Shown: in pieces, positions 9,546 through 18,921 of the stretch | Layout: each line of letters opens with the position of its first letter | Position numbering within the stretch: the stretch's first letter is position 1 | DNA from: Candidatus Eiseniibacteriota bacterium | Lineage (GTDB): Bacteria > Eisenbacteria > RBG-16-71-46 > CAIMUX01 > VGJL01 | Reading direction: 5' to 3' | Assembly: GCA_041946735.1 (NCBI GenBank) | Contig: JBHGAY010000006.1 | Coordinates: 103,084 to 167,083, forward strand | DNA: 64,000 nucleotides | Notes under the pieces: model-generated | Told to the model about the DNA's origin: nothing | Database searches by the model: none | Seen by the model: the letters and a program-made list of their open reading frames with translations, nothing else | Made by a program: the position numbers and the translations under genes

Positions 9546-10600
9546 TGTCCCTCCCGAAAACCCCATCTGCGCCTCCGATTCCGATCCGCGTCGTGATCTC
9601 GCTTCGTCCGCGGTCGACTCTATTCCCGGAAACGCGCTGTGAAGCGGGTCAATCTGTCGACGAAGGGGCCAGGCGGCAGTCTGGGCTTCGCCCGTTCGTG
9701 ACCAACCTGGACAGCCTGCGGGAGCGGGGGCGAGCCGTGAGCCTCAGGCGGCGACGCGTTCGTAGCGATGATGGAGTGCTCCGACCTCGGAGATCTCCAC
9801 GATACGGCCCACTCCCGGCCCCCGGACCTCCCGATGCTCGGGAGAGTCCATCTCCAGCGCCTGATGCGTCCGCCAACGATGGTCGTAGCCGAAGTACTCG
9901 GTCAGGATCCGTTTGAGGTGCCGCTCGTTCACAACGATGCAGTGGTCGAGGCGCTCGCGTCGAATCGACCCGATCAGCCTCTCGACGAAGGGGTTCTGCG
10001 AGGGTCTTCGCGCAGCGATCAGTATCTCCTCGAATCCCAACCCGCGCACCCGCTTCCGGAACGTCTCGCGTAGATCTTGTCGCGATCGCCGAGTAGGAAC
10101 CTGGGCGGGTCCTGCCAGGGAAACGCTTCGACGAGCTGTTGCGCCGCCCATCGGGCAGTCGGGTTCGACGTCACGTTGAAGTGGAGCACTCGGCGTCGAT
10201 TGTGGGCGAGCACGAGAAAGACGAAGAGTATCTGGTTACGGACGGTCGGGACGACGAAGAAGTCGGCCGCGATGATCTCTCGCACGTGGTTCTTGAGAAA
10301 CGCGCGCCACGTTGCGGACGGCGGCCGCCTCCTCCGGATCCTGTAGCGCTCGACCGTCGACTTCGCGACCTCGATCCCGACCATCCGCAGCTCACCAACG
10401 ATTCGAGCCGACCCGCACATTGGGTTCGCAGCGGACATCTTGCGGATCAGATCTCGCACCTCTCGCGGAACCGCCGGTCGCCCGGAACGCCCCGACCGAC
10501 ACAGCTTGCGCCAGTGATCCCGGAACTTTCGTCGACGCCAGGCGAGGACCGTTTCCGGCTGAACGAAGAGAAGGGCGTCGCGCCACGCAGGCCAGAGGCT
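9546..10600 (-). mobile_element. Degenerate IS element (rve/DDE integrase, IS3/IS481-like), left part missing
   Basis: Contains the integrase pseudogene 9744-10600. Possible terminus TGTCCCTCCCGAAAACCCCATC begins at 9546 (TGT end). Confidence 0.65.
9744..10600 (-). pseudogene. Integrase core-domain transposase, frameshifted near 10070 and 5'-truncated
   Basis: One frame gives VQPETVLAW..RIVGEL..AADFFVV..GDRDKIY. A second frame continues ETFRK..QNPFVERLIGSIRRERLDH..HHRYERVAA. No N-terminus or start upstream of ~10600. Confidence 0.85.
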
Positions 10601-11001
10601 GGTACTGCTATGAGGCTGCTTCTGTCCAGTGCTGTGACAGCTACGGCAACAGTGGCGGCGATGGCCTCTGCGGCATCGACCTCGGCGGGAACTTCTCGGC
10701 CGACCCGCTCTTCTGCGATGCGCCGAACGGCGACTACACGCTCGACTGGGCCTCGCCCTGCCTCCCCGGCAACCACCCGGATGGTGTCGACTGCGGCCTG
10801 ATCGGGGCACTGGACGCCGCGTGCGGCACACCGCCGGTGACCGGCGCCTGCTGCCTCGCTGACAACTCCTGCATCGTCATCGAGGCCGAGAACTGCCCGG
10901 GCACCTACATGGGGGACGGCACGACGTGCACACCCGAGATCTGCGTGCCGACAGCCGTGGACAGGACGACGTGGGGCCGGATCCGCGGAGCGTATCGATG
11001 A
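10597..11001 (+). pseudogene. 3' remnant of a secreted Cys-rich protein (probably beta-helix type) ending in a TWGRIR motif
   Basis: GNFSADPLFC..DYTL..SPCLP..IGA, then GACCLADNSC..GDGTTC and VPTAVDRTTWGRIRGAYR*. Upstream the frame runs into antisense integrase sequence, so the native 5' part is absent. Confidence 0.7.
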
Positions 11002-11182
11002 TGTTCGAGGGGAAAGGCTATTGACCTGGGCGAGACTGGCGCTGACAGCTGGACCGGGAGGTCGGGGAGCGGGGCCGCGGGTGGACGGCGAGCGCCCCGA
11101 GGAGGTGGGAGCGGGAGCGGCAGCGGGAGCGGCAGCGGCGCAGGCGTCGTGAGCGTGAGCAGCGCGGAAGGACCGGCGGCGC

Positions 11183-14100
11183 TCACCCCCCGGTAGCGCC
11201 GCCTGCGCTGCCTTCCGCGAGGCGGAGGGCTTCCTCGAGCGGCATCGCCCGTCCGGCCGCCCAGAGAGAGACGAAGCGATCGGCGCCGAGAGCGTCGCGC
11301 AGCTCGCGGACCCGGTCGTCCCAGATCGCGCGCTCCCCTTCGCCGATCGGCAATCCCATCGCCTCGTGCTGAGCCTCCGCGGCGCCGAGGAGACGCGCCG
11401 CCCGGGCGTGCTCTCCGGAGCGGTGGTCGACGGCGCCCAGCGTCGTCAGGACGGCGAGGAGCGTGACCTGCTCCGCCGCTTCTCGCGCGAGGTGCAGCGC
11501 TTCCACCGCATGCAGGCGCGCTTCGTCCACCGCGCCGCCCGCGAGGGCGATCTCGGCCAGCGCCGAGAGCGAGGCGGCGAGCTGGCGCCTCTGTCCCGTT
11601 CGGCGAAGGACGGCCACACCTTCCTGCGCGAGACGCCGCGCGCGCGAAGCCTCTCCGAGCTGCAGGAGGCTGTAGCTCAGATTGCGACTCGTGACCGCCT
11701 GGTTCGCGTCGTCTCCGATCTCCCGCAGGATCGCGATCGCCCGCTCGTAGTGCGGGACCGCCTCCGTGTGATTGCCGAACCTCGCCTCCAGCACTCCGAG
11801 GTTGCAGGCGAGGGTCGCCATCGCGTGGAGCTGCCCGGCCGCCTCGTGCAGGGCGAACGACTCGGTGAGGAGGGCTCGCGAACCTTCCACGTCCCCTCGA
11901 AGATCGGCGAGGTAGCCGAGCAGGTTCAGCGCCTGCGCGATCGAGTCGCCCTCGCCGGTCGGGCGCAGCAGCGCCAGCGCTTCGCCGCCCAACTTCCACG
12001 CGCCGTCCAGGTCCCCGGTCGGCCAGAGGAGAGAGGAGGCTCCGACCATCGCGCGTCCGCGCAGCTCGGGCGGCGAGCCGGCGGCGGAGGCGAGCATCTC
12101 GGAGAAGTGGCGGTGCCCTTCGCGGAACGACTCGCTGCGAAACCAATAGCGGCGGAGCGAAAGGCAGAGCCGGATGCCGGCTTCGAGACGCGGCGCCTGG
12201 CCGGAGCCGCCTCCGGCTCGCGAAGCCCAGGCGATCGCGGCGCGGAAGTCGTCGGTCTCCGCTTCGATCGCGGCCATCGCTTGCGGCTCGACCGGACCGA
12301 CCATGCGGGCGTCCGCCTCGCGGGCGAATCGCAGGAACCAGGCGAGGTGGCGATCGCGGCCGCGCGCCTCCTCGCCCGCTTCGCGAAGGCGGTCGAGAGC
12401 GAAGGCGCGCACCATCTCCGGCATTCGATAGCGAGGCGGGGAAGCCTCGGAGTCGAACTGCGCGATCGAGCGGCGCACGAGACTCTCGAGAAGGCCGAGA
12501 ACCGGCTCGCCGCCAATGGTCCCGCCTTCGCTGCTCTTCTCTTCCTCGCCGGCGCCGCCTTCGTCGGCGCAAACCGCGCGCGCGGCGTCGAGCGTCCAGC
12601 CTCCCGCGAAGACGGCGGAGCGGGCGAGGCAGAGCTGCTCGGGCGGCGAGAGCAGCCGGTAGCTCCAGTCGATCGAGGCGAGCAGCGTCTGCTGCCGCGG
12701 CAGGACGGCGGCGTCGCGCACGGAGAGCAGCCGGAAGCTTTCGTCCAGGTGGTCGGCGATCTGCTCGGGGGTGAGCGCGCTCGTGCGGGCGGCGGCGAGC
12801 TCGATCGCGAGCGGGATCCCGTCGAGCCGGCGGACGATCCGCGCGATCGCCGGAGCGATCTCCGGCGTGACGGCGAAGCCGGGCCGCTGGCGGCACGTCC
12901 GGTCGACGAAGAGGCGCACCGCTTCCGCATCGAGGATCTCGAGCCCCTCGCGCTCTCCCGACCGCGCGGGCGGAAGCGGCGGAACCGAGAGGGATCGCAC
13001 GCGCATCGTCCTCTCGCCGGGATGTCCGAGCGGCTCGCGGCTCGTGGCGAGGATGCGCAGGCGTGTTTCCGTCCCGGCAGGGAGGAGGCCCGCGAGCAGC
13101 TCACGCACGCCGCCGAGCACGTGCTCGCAGTTGTCGAGCACGAGCAGCAGGGTCTTGCCGCGCGCGAACTCGAGCACCTGCTGGAGCGCGTCGCGCTGCT
13201 TCGATTCCGGAGCGCCGACGGCGGAGGCCGCCGTTTCGGCGACGAGATACGGGTCCTGCAACGGGGCGAGATCGACCCACCACACGCCGTCCGGGAGCCA
13301 GCCGGCCGCCTCCTCGGCGGCGCGATGCGCGAGCCGCGTCTTGCCGCAGCCGGCCGAGCCGGTCAACGTCACGAGCCCCGGCTCGAGCAGCAGGCGGCGC
13401 ATCTCCAGGATCTCCTCGCGACGTCCGATCAGGCGCGTCGGGAACGAGGGAAGATTGCCCGGCGCGTTCGCCGCAGGCCGGCCGGCGCCGTCGCTCTCGG
13501 TGGCCGGCGCCCCGCGCTCGTCGTCCGCCACGCCCCCCGCGTCCCCGGCGGCGACGCGGAAGTGCGCGGCCAGCTCGCGCGCCGAGCGCGGGCGATCGGC
13601 GGGATCGCGTGCAAGGCAGCGATCGATCGCGCGCGCGAGAGACGGCGGGAGGTCCGGGCGAAGCTCCCGCACCGGCAGGATCTCGCCGCGTCGGTGCTTG
13701 TCGATCAGCTCCGCCCAGCTCGACGCGGCGACCGGATGCCGCCCGGTCGCGAGCCGGTAATGGAGGCAGCCGAGCGCGTAGAGGTCGCTCGCGTGCGAGG
13801 CCGGTGCGGTCCCTTGGAGCAGCTCGGGGGCCATGACGATCGGGGTTCCTTGCGGACTGCCGTCCGGGAAGACGCGCTCGCGGCCGGTCGCCGTTCCGGC
13901 CCCGAAGTCCATGAGGATCGTGCGGCCGTCGGGATCGCGCATCGCGTTCGACGTCTTGACGTCGCCGTGGATCAGCCCGGCGTCGTGCACGGCGGCGAGG
14001 GCGGCGCAGAGATCGATGCCGATGCGGGCGACCTCCGCGGCGGGCAGCGGGCCTTCGCGCGCCAGGCGCTCCTCGAGCGTCTCGCCGCGGATGAAGTCGG

Positions 14101-14647
14101 TCCACATGCCGGCGCGACGGTCGTGCACCTCGACCCCGTGCACGGTCAGGACGTTCGGATGGCGCACGCGGGCGAGCCGTCTCGCCTCCTCGAGGTGCTC
14201 CTCGAACGCCGCCTCTTCCGCTTCGCCCGCGAAGCGTCGCAGCTTCAGAGCCACCTCCCGGTGGAGGACCGTGTCGAAGGCGCGGAAGACCTCGCCGAAG
14301 CTGCCGGACCCGAGGCGCGAGAGGACGCGAAGCGGTCCCCAGTCGAACGGAAGGCCTGCCGCCGCGGAGCCTGCCTGCGCGGGCTGCGGTCCGTCCGGCG
14401 GCGGGACCGCCTCCGCGGGCGGGATCTCGAGCGGCTGCGCGCAGGCATCGGCGACCGAACGGATCAGGCGCATCCATTGGAGCCGGCCGGCGAGGCGCGG
14501 CTCCTGCGCGGCGAGGGCATCCCAGTCCGGCTCGCGACCGTCGGCGAGACTGCGGGCGGCGGCGAGGAGGATCGGATCCGGCGAGCGACTCTCGTGCCCC
14601 GCCGCCCCCTTTCGCTTTCCCTCTCGCTTACGCGGGCCGGTAGGCAT
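11183..14647 (-). CDS. Ser/Thr protein kinase fused to STAND (NB-ARC/AfsR-like) ATPase and TPR repeats
   Basis: Kinase motifs LGSGSFGEV, VALK, HGDVKTSN, DFG, GTPIVMAPE, SDLYALG. ATPase motifs GSAGCGKT, LLVLDNCEH, ATSREPL, LDGIPLAIELAA. TPR-like C-terminus and no evident TM segment. Confidence 0.92.
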   Translation of the reverse strand: MPTGPRKREGKRKGAAGHESRSPDPILLAAARSLADGREPDWDALAAQEPRLAGRLQWMRLIRSVADACAQPLEIPPAEAVPPPDGPQPAQAGSAAAGLPFDWGPLRVLSRLGSGSFGEVFRAFDTVLHREVALKLRRFAGEAEEAAFEEHLEEARRLARVRHPNVLTVHGVEVHDRRAGMWTDFIRGETLEERLAREGPLPAAEVARIGIDLCAALAAVHDAGLIHGDVKTSNAMRDPDGRTILMDFGAGTATGRERVFPDGSPQGTPIVMAPELLQGTAPASHASDLYALGCLHYRLATGRHPVAASSWAELIDKHRRGEILPVRELRPDLPPSLARAIDRCLARDPADRPRSARELAAHFRVAAGDAGGVADDERGAPATESDGAGRPAANAPGNLPSFPTRLIGRREEILEMRRLLLEPGLVTLTGSAGCGKTRLAHRAAEEAAGWLPDGVWWVDLAPLQDPYLVAETAASAVGAPESKQRDALQQVLEFARGKTLLLVLDNCEHVLGGVRELLAGLLPAGTETRLRILATSREPLGHPGERTMRVRSLSVPPLPPARSGEREGLEILDAEAVRLFVDRTCRQRPGFAVTPEIAPAIARIVRRLDGIPLAIELAAARTSALTPEQIADHLDESFRLLSVRDAAVLPRQQTLLASIDWSYRLLSPPEQLCLARSAVFAGGWTLDAARAVCADEGGAGEEEKSSEGGTIGGEPVLGLLESLVRRSIAQFDSEASPPRYRMPEMVRAFALDRLREAGEEARGRDRHLAWFLRFAREADARMVGPVEPQAMAAIEAETDDFRAAIAWASRAGGGSGQAPRLEAGIRLCLSLRRYWFRSESFREGHRHFSEMLASAAGSPPELRGRAMVGASSLLWPTGDLDGAWKLGGEALALLRPTGEGDSIAQALNLLGYLADLRGDVEGSRALLTESFALHEAAGQLHAMATLACNLGVLEARFGNHTEAVPHYERAIAILREIGDDANQAVTSRNLSYSLLQLGEASRARRLAQEGVAVLRRTGQRRQLAASLSALAEIALAGGAVDEARLHAVEALHLAREAAEQVTLLAVLTTLGAVDHRSGEHARAARLLGAAEAQHEAMGLPIGEGERAIWDDRVRELRDALGADRFVSLWAAGRAMPLEEALRLAEGSAGGATGG

Positions 14648-15251
14648 GCATCGCTTCGGTGAGGCGGACGATGGCGCGCGCGATCTGCATCCGGACGGCG
14701 TTCGCCGACGAGCGCCCGAGGGCTTGCGCGATCTCGGGATGGCTGAAGCCGAACTCGATCCGGAGGATCACCGCCTGCCGCTGCTCGTCGCTCAAGCTCG
14801 CGAGCGCGCGGTCGTACGCCTCGAGGGCGCCGTGGCCGATCGTCCGCTCCAGCACCTGCTCGCGCGAGGCCGGCAGGTCGGTGTCGAGCGAATCGATCGG
14901 ATGGCGCTGCGCGCGCCGGATCTCGTCGCGGATCACGTTGATCAGGATCTGATGCAGGTAGGACAGAAAGGCTCCTTCGCGACCCGCCTCGAACTCGCCG
15001 ACCCGGTTCAGCGCGCGCAGCAGCGCGGTCTGCACCACGTCGTCGGTGTCCATCAGTCCCCGGGAATGAGCGGGGAGCCGCCCGTGTGCCCAGCGGCGCA
15101 GCCCCGGCAGGAAGCGCGCGATCAGACGGTTGCGCGCCTCGTCGTCGCCCGAGCGGATGCGGTCGAGGAGCACGCGCGTCGTCTCGAGGTCGGTCCTCGA
15201 ATTGTTGGATGCGGGCCGGGCGCCCTCCGCGGGCCGGCGGGGTGGATGCAC
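14628..15251 (-). CDS. ECF-type RNA polymerase sigma factor
   Basis: GTG start after GGAGG. Region 2 DTDDVVQTALLRA..FLSYLHQILINVIRD and region 4 LSDEQRQAVILRIEFGFSHPEIAQALG. Overlaps the kinase start by 20 nt. Confidence 0.9.
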   Translation of the reverse strand: MHPPRRPAEGARPASNNSRTDLETTRVLLDRIRSGDDEARNRLIARFLPGLRRWAHGRLPAHSRGLMDTDDVVQTALLRALNRVGEFEAGREGAFLSYLHQILINVIRDEIRRAQRHPIDSLDTDLPASREQVLERTIGHGALEAYDRALASLSDEQRQAVILRIEFGFSHPEIAQALGRSSANAVRMQIARAIVRLTEAMHAYRPA

Positions 15252-15469
15252 GCTGTCCGTCCTCCGAGTCTTGCGGGTACGGGATCCCCGGGATGGGGGG
15301 ATCGGGCGGCAAGAGGATCGGGGGACTATAGCATGCTCCGCGGCCGGCCGAGCTTGATTGGAGCGCGGGCGACGTGTAATGTCCTCTGCCGGTGGCCGAT
15401 CAGGCGGTCGAACGATCGGCCCCTTCTCTTCGACTGGCCGTCCGGGGTTGGAGAGCCAGGGAGATTCCG

Positions 15470-17470
15470 ATGGCGACCGCCCGCGGAATGTTCGCTCTTC
15501 CGGCGCCACGCGCGCGTTCCCGCTCGTCCATCCCGGTCCGCGCTTTCGTTGCGTCGCTCGCCCTCTTCGCACTGTCCTGCGGTGACGATGCTGAGAAGCC
15601 GACGCCCCCCGATACGACTCCTCCCGCTTCGGTGCAGAACCTGGCCGCGGTCTACGCGCCAGGCCGCGTGACTCTCGGCTGGACGGCGCCTGGCGACGAC
15701 GGCGGGGAAGGAAGAGCGAGCCTCTACGACCTGCGCTTCGCCGGCGCGCCGCCGACCGAATCCTCGTGGGACTCGGCGACGGTGGTTCCTTCCTGCCCGG
15801 AGCCGCAGGAGGCGGGCGGCGTGGAGCATGTCGATCTTCCGGCGCTCCCGGAAGGAACGTGGCACTTCGCGCTGCGAACCGCGGACGAGGTGCCGAACTG
15901 GTCGGGGCTGTCCAACGTGGTTGTCGTGACCGTGCTGCCCCCGCCCGATCTGCTGCCCCCGGACGCCGTGAGGAACCTGATCGTCTCGTCGACGACCGAC
16001 CACAGCGCGACACTTTCCTGGACCGCCTCGGGAGACGACGAGACATTCGGGACGGCGTCGGCGTACGACATCCGCTACGCGACCGCCGAGATCACGGCGG
16101 AAACCTGGGAGACGGCGACCCCGGTCGCGCAGCCACCCGTTCCGCAGCCGGCCGGGGCCACGGAGAGCTTCACGATCGACGGCCTCGAGACGGGCGCGAC
16201 GTACCACTTCGCCTTGAAGGTCGCCGACGAGCGGCCGAACTGGTCCGCGCTCTCCAACAGCGCCAGCGCCCCGATCGCCGACGTCGCGCCGCCTGCGACC
16301 GTCCGGGATCTCGCGGCGGAGCTGGGCGGACAGGGAAGCGTGACGCTGCGCTGGACTGTGCCTGGAGACGATGGACAAGCCGGGCGCGCGTCCTCGTATG
16401 ATCTCCGCTACTCGACGGTCGTCATCTACGAGGAAGTCCTCGACTGGAGCTGGGAGCGCGCGACGCCGGTACCCGATACCCCGGCGCCGGGGGAACCGGG
16501 GAGCGCCGAGACGTTCACGGTGACCGGCCTGCAGCCGGGAACGCTCTACTACTTCGCCCTGCGCGCGTTCGACGAGTCGGGCAACGGCTCGGGCCTTTCG
16601 AACGTCATCACGGGGAACGCCTTCCCCTGGTCCCTGCATCAGCTCACGAGCAGAATCGAGTCGACCTGGCTGTACGAGCCCCAGTGGTCCCCCGACGGAC
16701 AGGAGATCGCCTTTGCGCAAGGAGGGACGGGGAGTGTCGAGATCTACCGGATCTCCGCATCCGGCGGCGCTCCGGTGCAGCTCACGAGCCATCCCGGCTT
16801 CCGCAGCGGCGATCCCACCTGGTCTCCGGACGGCTCGCGCATCGCCTTCTTCTGTTCCCCGACCGAGTATCCGGAAGGGAAGAGCGGCGATCTCAGGATC
16901 ATGGACGCGGCGGATGGCGGAAACGAGAGGACCGTGATCCACGCGGACGAGGGGCTTTGGGGGTGCGCCTGGTCCCCCGACGGCGAGCGGATCGCGTACG
17001 TCGTCGGTCCCCGCTTTCTCACCATCCTGACCCCGACCCTGATTTGCGCGATTTCGCCGGAGGGAGGAGCGCCCGACACGCTGTTTCGAGGCGACTACTT
17101 GAACATTCATCCCGCGTGGTCTCCCGATGGACGTCGGATGGCGCTCGTTTCCGGCCGGGACGAATGGGCCAAGCTCTGGAACGTTCCCGCCGGAGGGGGG
17201 ATCTGGGTCTACCTGGACGGAGAGATGCGCGTGCAATGCGGGCGGCCGACGTGGTCGAGCGATGGATCGCGCATCGCCTATGATCGGCGCCACAACGACA
17301 ACCTGGACATCTGGCTGACGCGTGCGGACGGAGCGAGCGCCGTTCCCCTCATTGAAGGCCCGGCCCGCGACCTGGACGCGTCCTGGTCGCCCGACGGGAG
17401 CCGGATCGCGTTCGTGTCGGACAGGACGGGGCAGGCGGAGATCTGGATCCTCGATCTGGATCTGCGGTGA
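15470..17470 (+). CDS. Lipoprotein with three fibronectin type III-like repeats and a TolB/PD40 beta-propeller
   Basis: Lipobox LFALSC. Three repeats of W.T.pGDD..G.AS.YDlRy..y.FALr..DE..N.S.LSN. Six (P/A/S)WS.DG..IA repeats. Confidence 0.85.
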   Translation: MATARGMFALPAPRARSRSSIPVRAFVASLALFALSCGDDAEKPTPPDTTPPASVQNLAAVYAPGRVTLGWTAPGDDGGEGRASLYDLRFAGAPPTESSWDSATVVPSCPEPQEAGGVEHVDLPALPEGTWHFALRTADEVPNWSGLSNVVVVTVLPPPDLLPPDAVRNLIVSSTTDHSATLSWTASGDDETFGTASAYDIRYATAEITAETWETATPVAQPPVPQPAGATESFTIDGLETGATYHFALKVADERPNWSALSNSASAPIADVAPPATVRDLAAELGGQGSVTLRWTVPGDDGQAGRASSYDLRYSTVVIYEEVLDWSWERATPVPDTPAPGEPGSAETFTVTGLQPGTLYYFALRAFDESGNGSGLSNVITGNAFPWSLHQLTSRIESTWLYEPQWSPDGQEIAFAQGGTGSVEIYRISASGGAPVQLTSHPGFRSGDPTWSPDGSRIAFFCSPTEYPEGKSGDLRIMDAADGGNERTVIHADEGLWGCAWSPDGERIAYVVGPRFLTILTPTLICAISPEGGAPDTLFRGDYLNIHPAWSPDGRRMALVSGRDEWAKLWNVPAGGGIWVYLDGEMRVQCGRPTWSSDGSRIAYDRRHNDNLDIWLTRADGASAVPLIEGPARDLDASWSPDGSRIAFVSDRTGQAEIWILDLDLR

Positions 17471-17549
17471 CCGGGGCGCGACGAAGCGGATCCGGGCGGC
17501 GCCGTCTCGACTGCTGACCGGCGACGAAACGGGTCCCTGCTCCGCCGTC

Positions 17550-17732
17550 TCAACTGCTGACCGGCGGCTCCTTCGACCGGGTCTTCGTGATCCCGGCGAC
17601 GATCCCTATGCCGGCGAGCACCAGGGCGATCACGACCATCCATTTGTCCGAGACGTGGAGCAGGCTCGCGGCGTAGAGCACTCCTGCGATGAGGATGGCG
17701 AACCCTATCCAATAGACGAGCGTGTTCGTCAT
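17550..17732 (-). CDS. Small two-TM membrane protein
   Basis: GGAGAG RBS; 60 aa with two hydrophobic helices and a basic tail; fills the intergenic gap downstream of the IDH-family gene. Confidence 0.65.
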   Translation of the reverse strand: MTNTLVYWIGFAILIAGVLYAASLLHVSDKWMVVIALVLAGIGIVAGITKTRSKEPPVSS

Positions 17733-17907
17733 CGGCGTTCTCTCCTTCCCCCCTCGCCTCGAGACAGCCCGATCCTGCCGGGCCTTTCCCTCAGGCTACC
17801 CCGGCGGGCGCTTGACGGAGAGGAAGGAGTGCTGCGAAGAAGCGCGAACGGTCGCTCGATGCGGGGACGGGCCGTCCGCACGCACGCACGGCGGACGGGC
17901 GGGGCGA

Positions 17908-18921
17908 TCAGGATCCGAGGCGGCGCAGGACGGCCTGCGTGAACTCCCGCGTGCCGGCGCGCCCGCCGATATCGGCGGTGATCTCCTCGGGACGTCCGTC
18001 CTGCAGCACGGCGTTGTACGCCGCCTTGATGCGGTCGGCGACGTCGCGCTGGCCGATGTGGTTCAGCATCATCACGGCGGTCATGATCAGGGCGAGCGGG
18101 TTGGCCTTGCCCTTCCCCGCGATGTCCGGCGCGCTGCCGTGCACCGCCTCGAAGATCGCGCAGTCGTCCCCGATGTTCGCTCCCGGCACGACGCCGAGGC
18201 CGCCGACCAAGCCCGCGCACAGGTCGCTCACGACGTCGCCGTAGAGATTCTCGAGGAGCAGAATGTCGAAGCGGGTCGGATCGCGCACGAGCTGCATGCA
18301 GCCGTTGTCGATGATGATCTCCTCGTACTCGATCCCGTCTCCCTCGATCTCGTGGATGCGGCGGGCGCTGTCGATGAAGAGTCCATCGGACATCTTCATG
18401 ATGTTCGCCTTGTGGAAGACGGTCACCTTGCGCCGCCCGCGCTCGCGCGCGTAGCGGAACGCGAAGCGGGCGATCCGCTCGCAGGCGTCGCGCGAGGCGA
18501 TCTTCAGGCTTTCGACGACCCCCGGGACCACCTCGTGCTCGATTCCCGAGTAGAGCCCTTCGGTGTTCTCGCGGATGACGACGATCTCGACGTTCTCGTA
18601 GCGAGTGCGCACGCCGGCGAGCGAGCGGATCGGACGCACCGCCGCGTAGAGGTGGAAGCGTTTCCGGAGCTGGACGTTCACGCTCGCGAAGCCCCGCCCG
18701 ACCGGAGTCGTCACCGGACCCTTGAGCGCGAGCCGGATCTTCTCGATCGCGTCCAGGGTCTGCTTCGGCAGCACCTCGCCGTACTTCTCGGCCGCGGCCG
18801 CTCCCGCTTCCAGCCGGATCCAGTCGATCTCGGCGCCGGCCGCGCCCAGCACCTCGAGCGTCGCCTCGGTCACCTCCGGCCCGATCCCGTCTCCGGGGAG
18901 CAGGCAGACCGTCCTGCGCAT
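17908..18921 (-). CDS. Isocitrate/isopropylmalate dehydrogenase family, likely NAD-dependent isocitrate dehydrogenase
   Basis: PGDGIGPEV, SVNVQLR, RENTEGLY, HKANIMK, NLYGDVVSD, EAVHGSAPDIAGKG. GAGGA RBS. Confidence 0.9.
   Translation of the reverse strand: MRRTVCLLPGDGIGPEVTEATLEVLGAAGAEIDWIRLEAGAAAAEKYGEVLPKQTLDAIEKIRLALKGPVTTPVGRGFASVNVQLRKRFHLYAAVRPIRSLAGVRTRYENVEIVVIRENTEGLYSGIEHEVVPGVVESLKIASRDACERIARFAFRYARERGRRKVTVFHKANIMKMSDGLFIDSARRIHEIEGDGIEYEEIIIDNGCMQLVRDPTRFDILLLENLYGDVVSDLCAGLVGGLGVVPGANIGDDCAIFEAVHGSAPDIAGKGKANPLALIMTAVMMLNHIGQRDVADRIKAAYNAVLQDGRPEEITADIGGRAGTREFTQAVLRRLGS

Noticed and set aside
11100..11145. (GGGAGC/GGCAGC)n hexamer run
   Set aside because: Simple low-complexity repeat between convergent genes; no spacers or structure.
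11183..14647. Avs-type antiphage STAND system
   Set aside because: No nuclease, SIR2 or TIR effector and no defence-gene neighbours. The ATPase resembles the regulatory AfsR/LuxR-associated type and is linked to a sigma factor, so it is reported as signalling instead.
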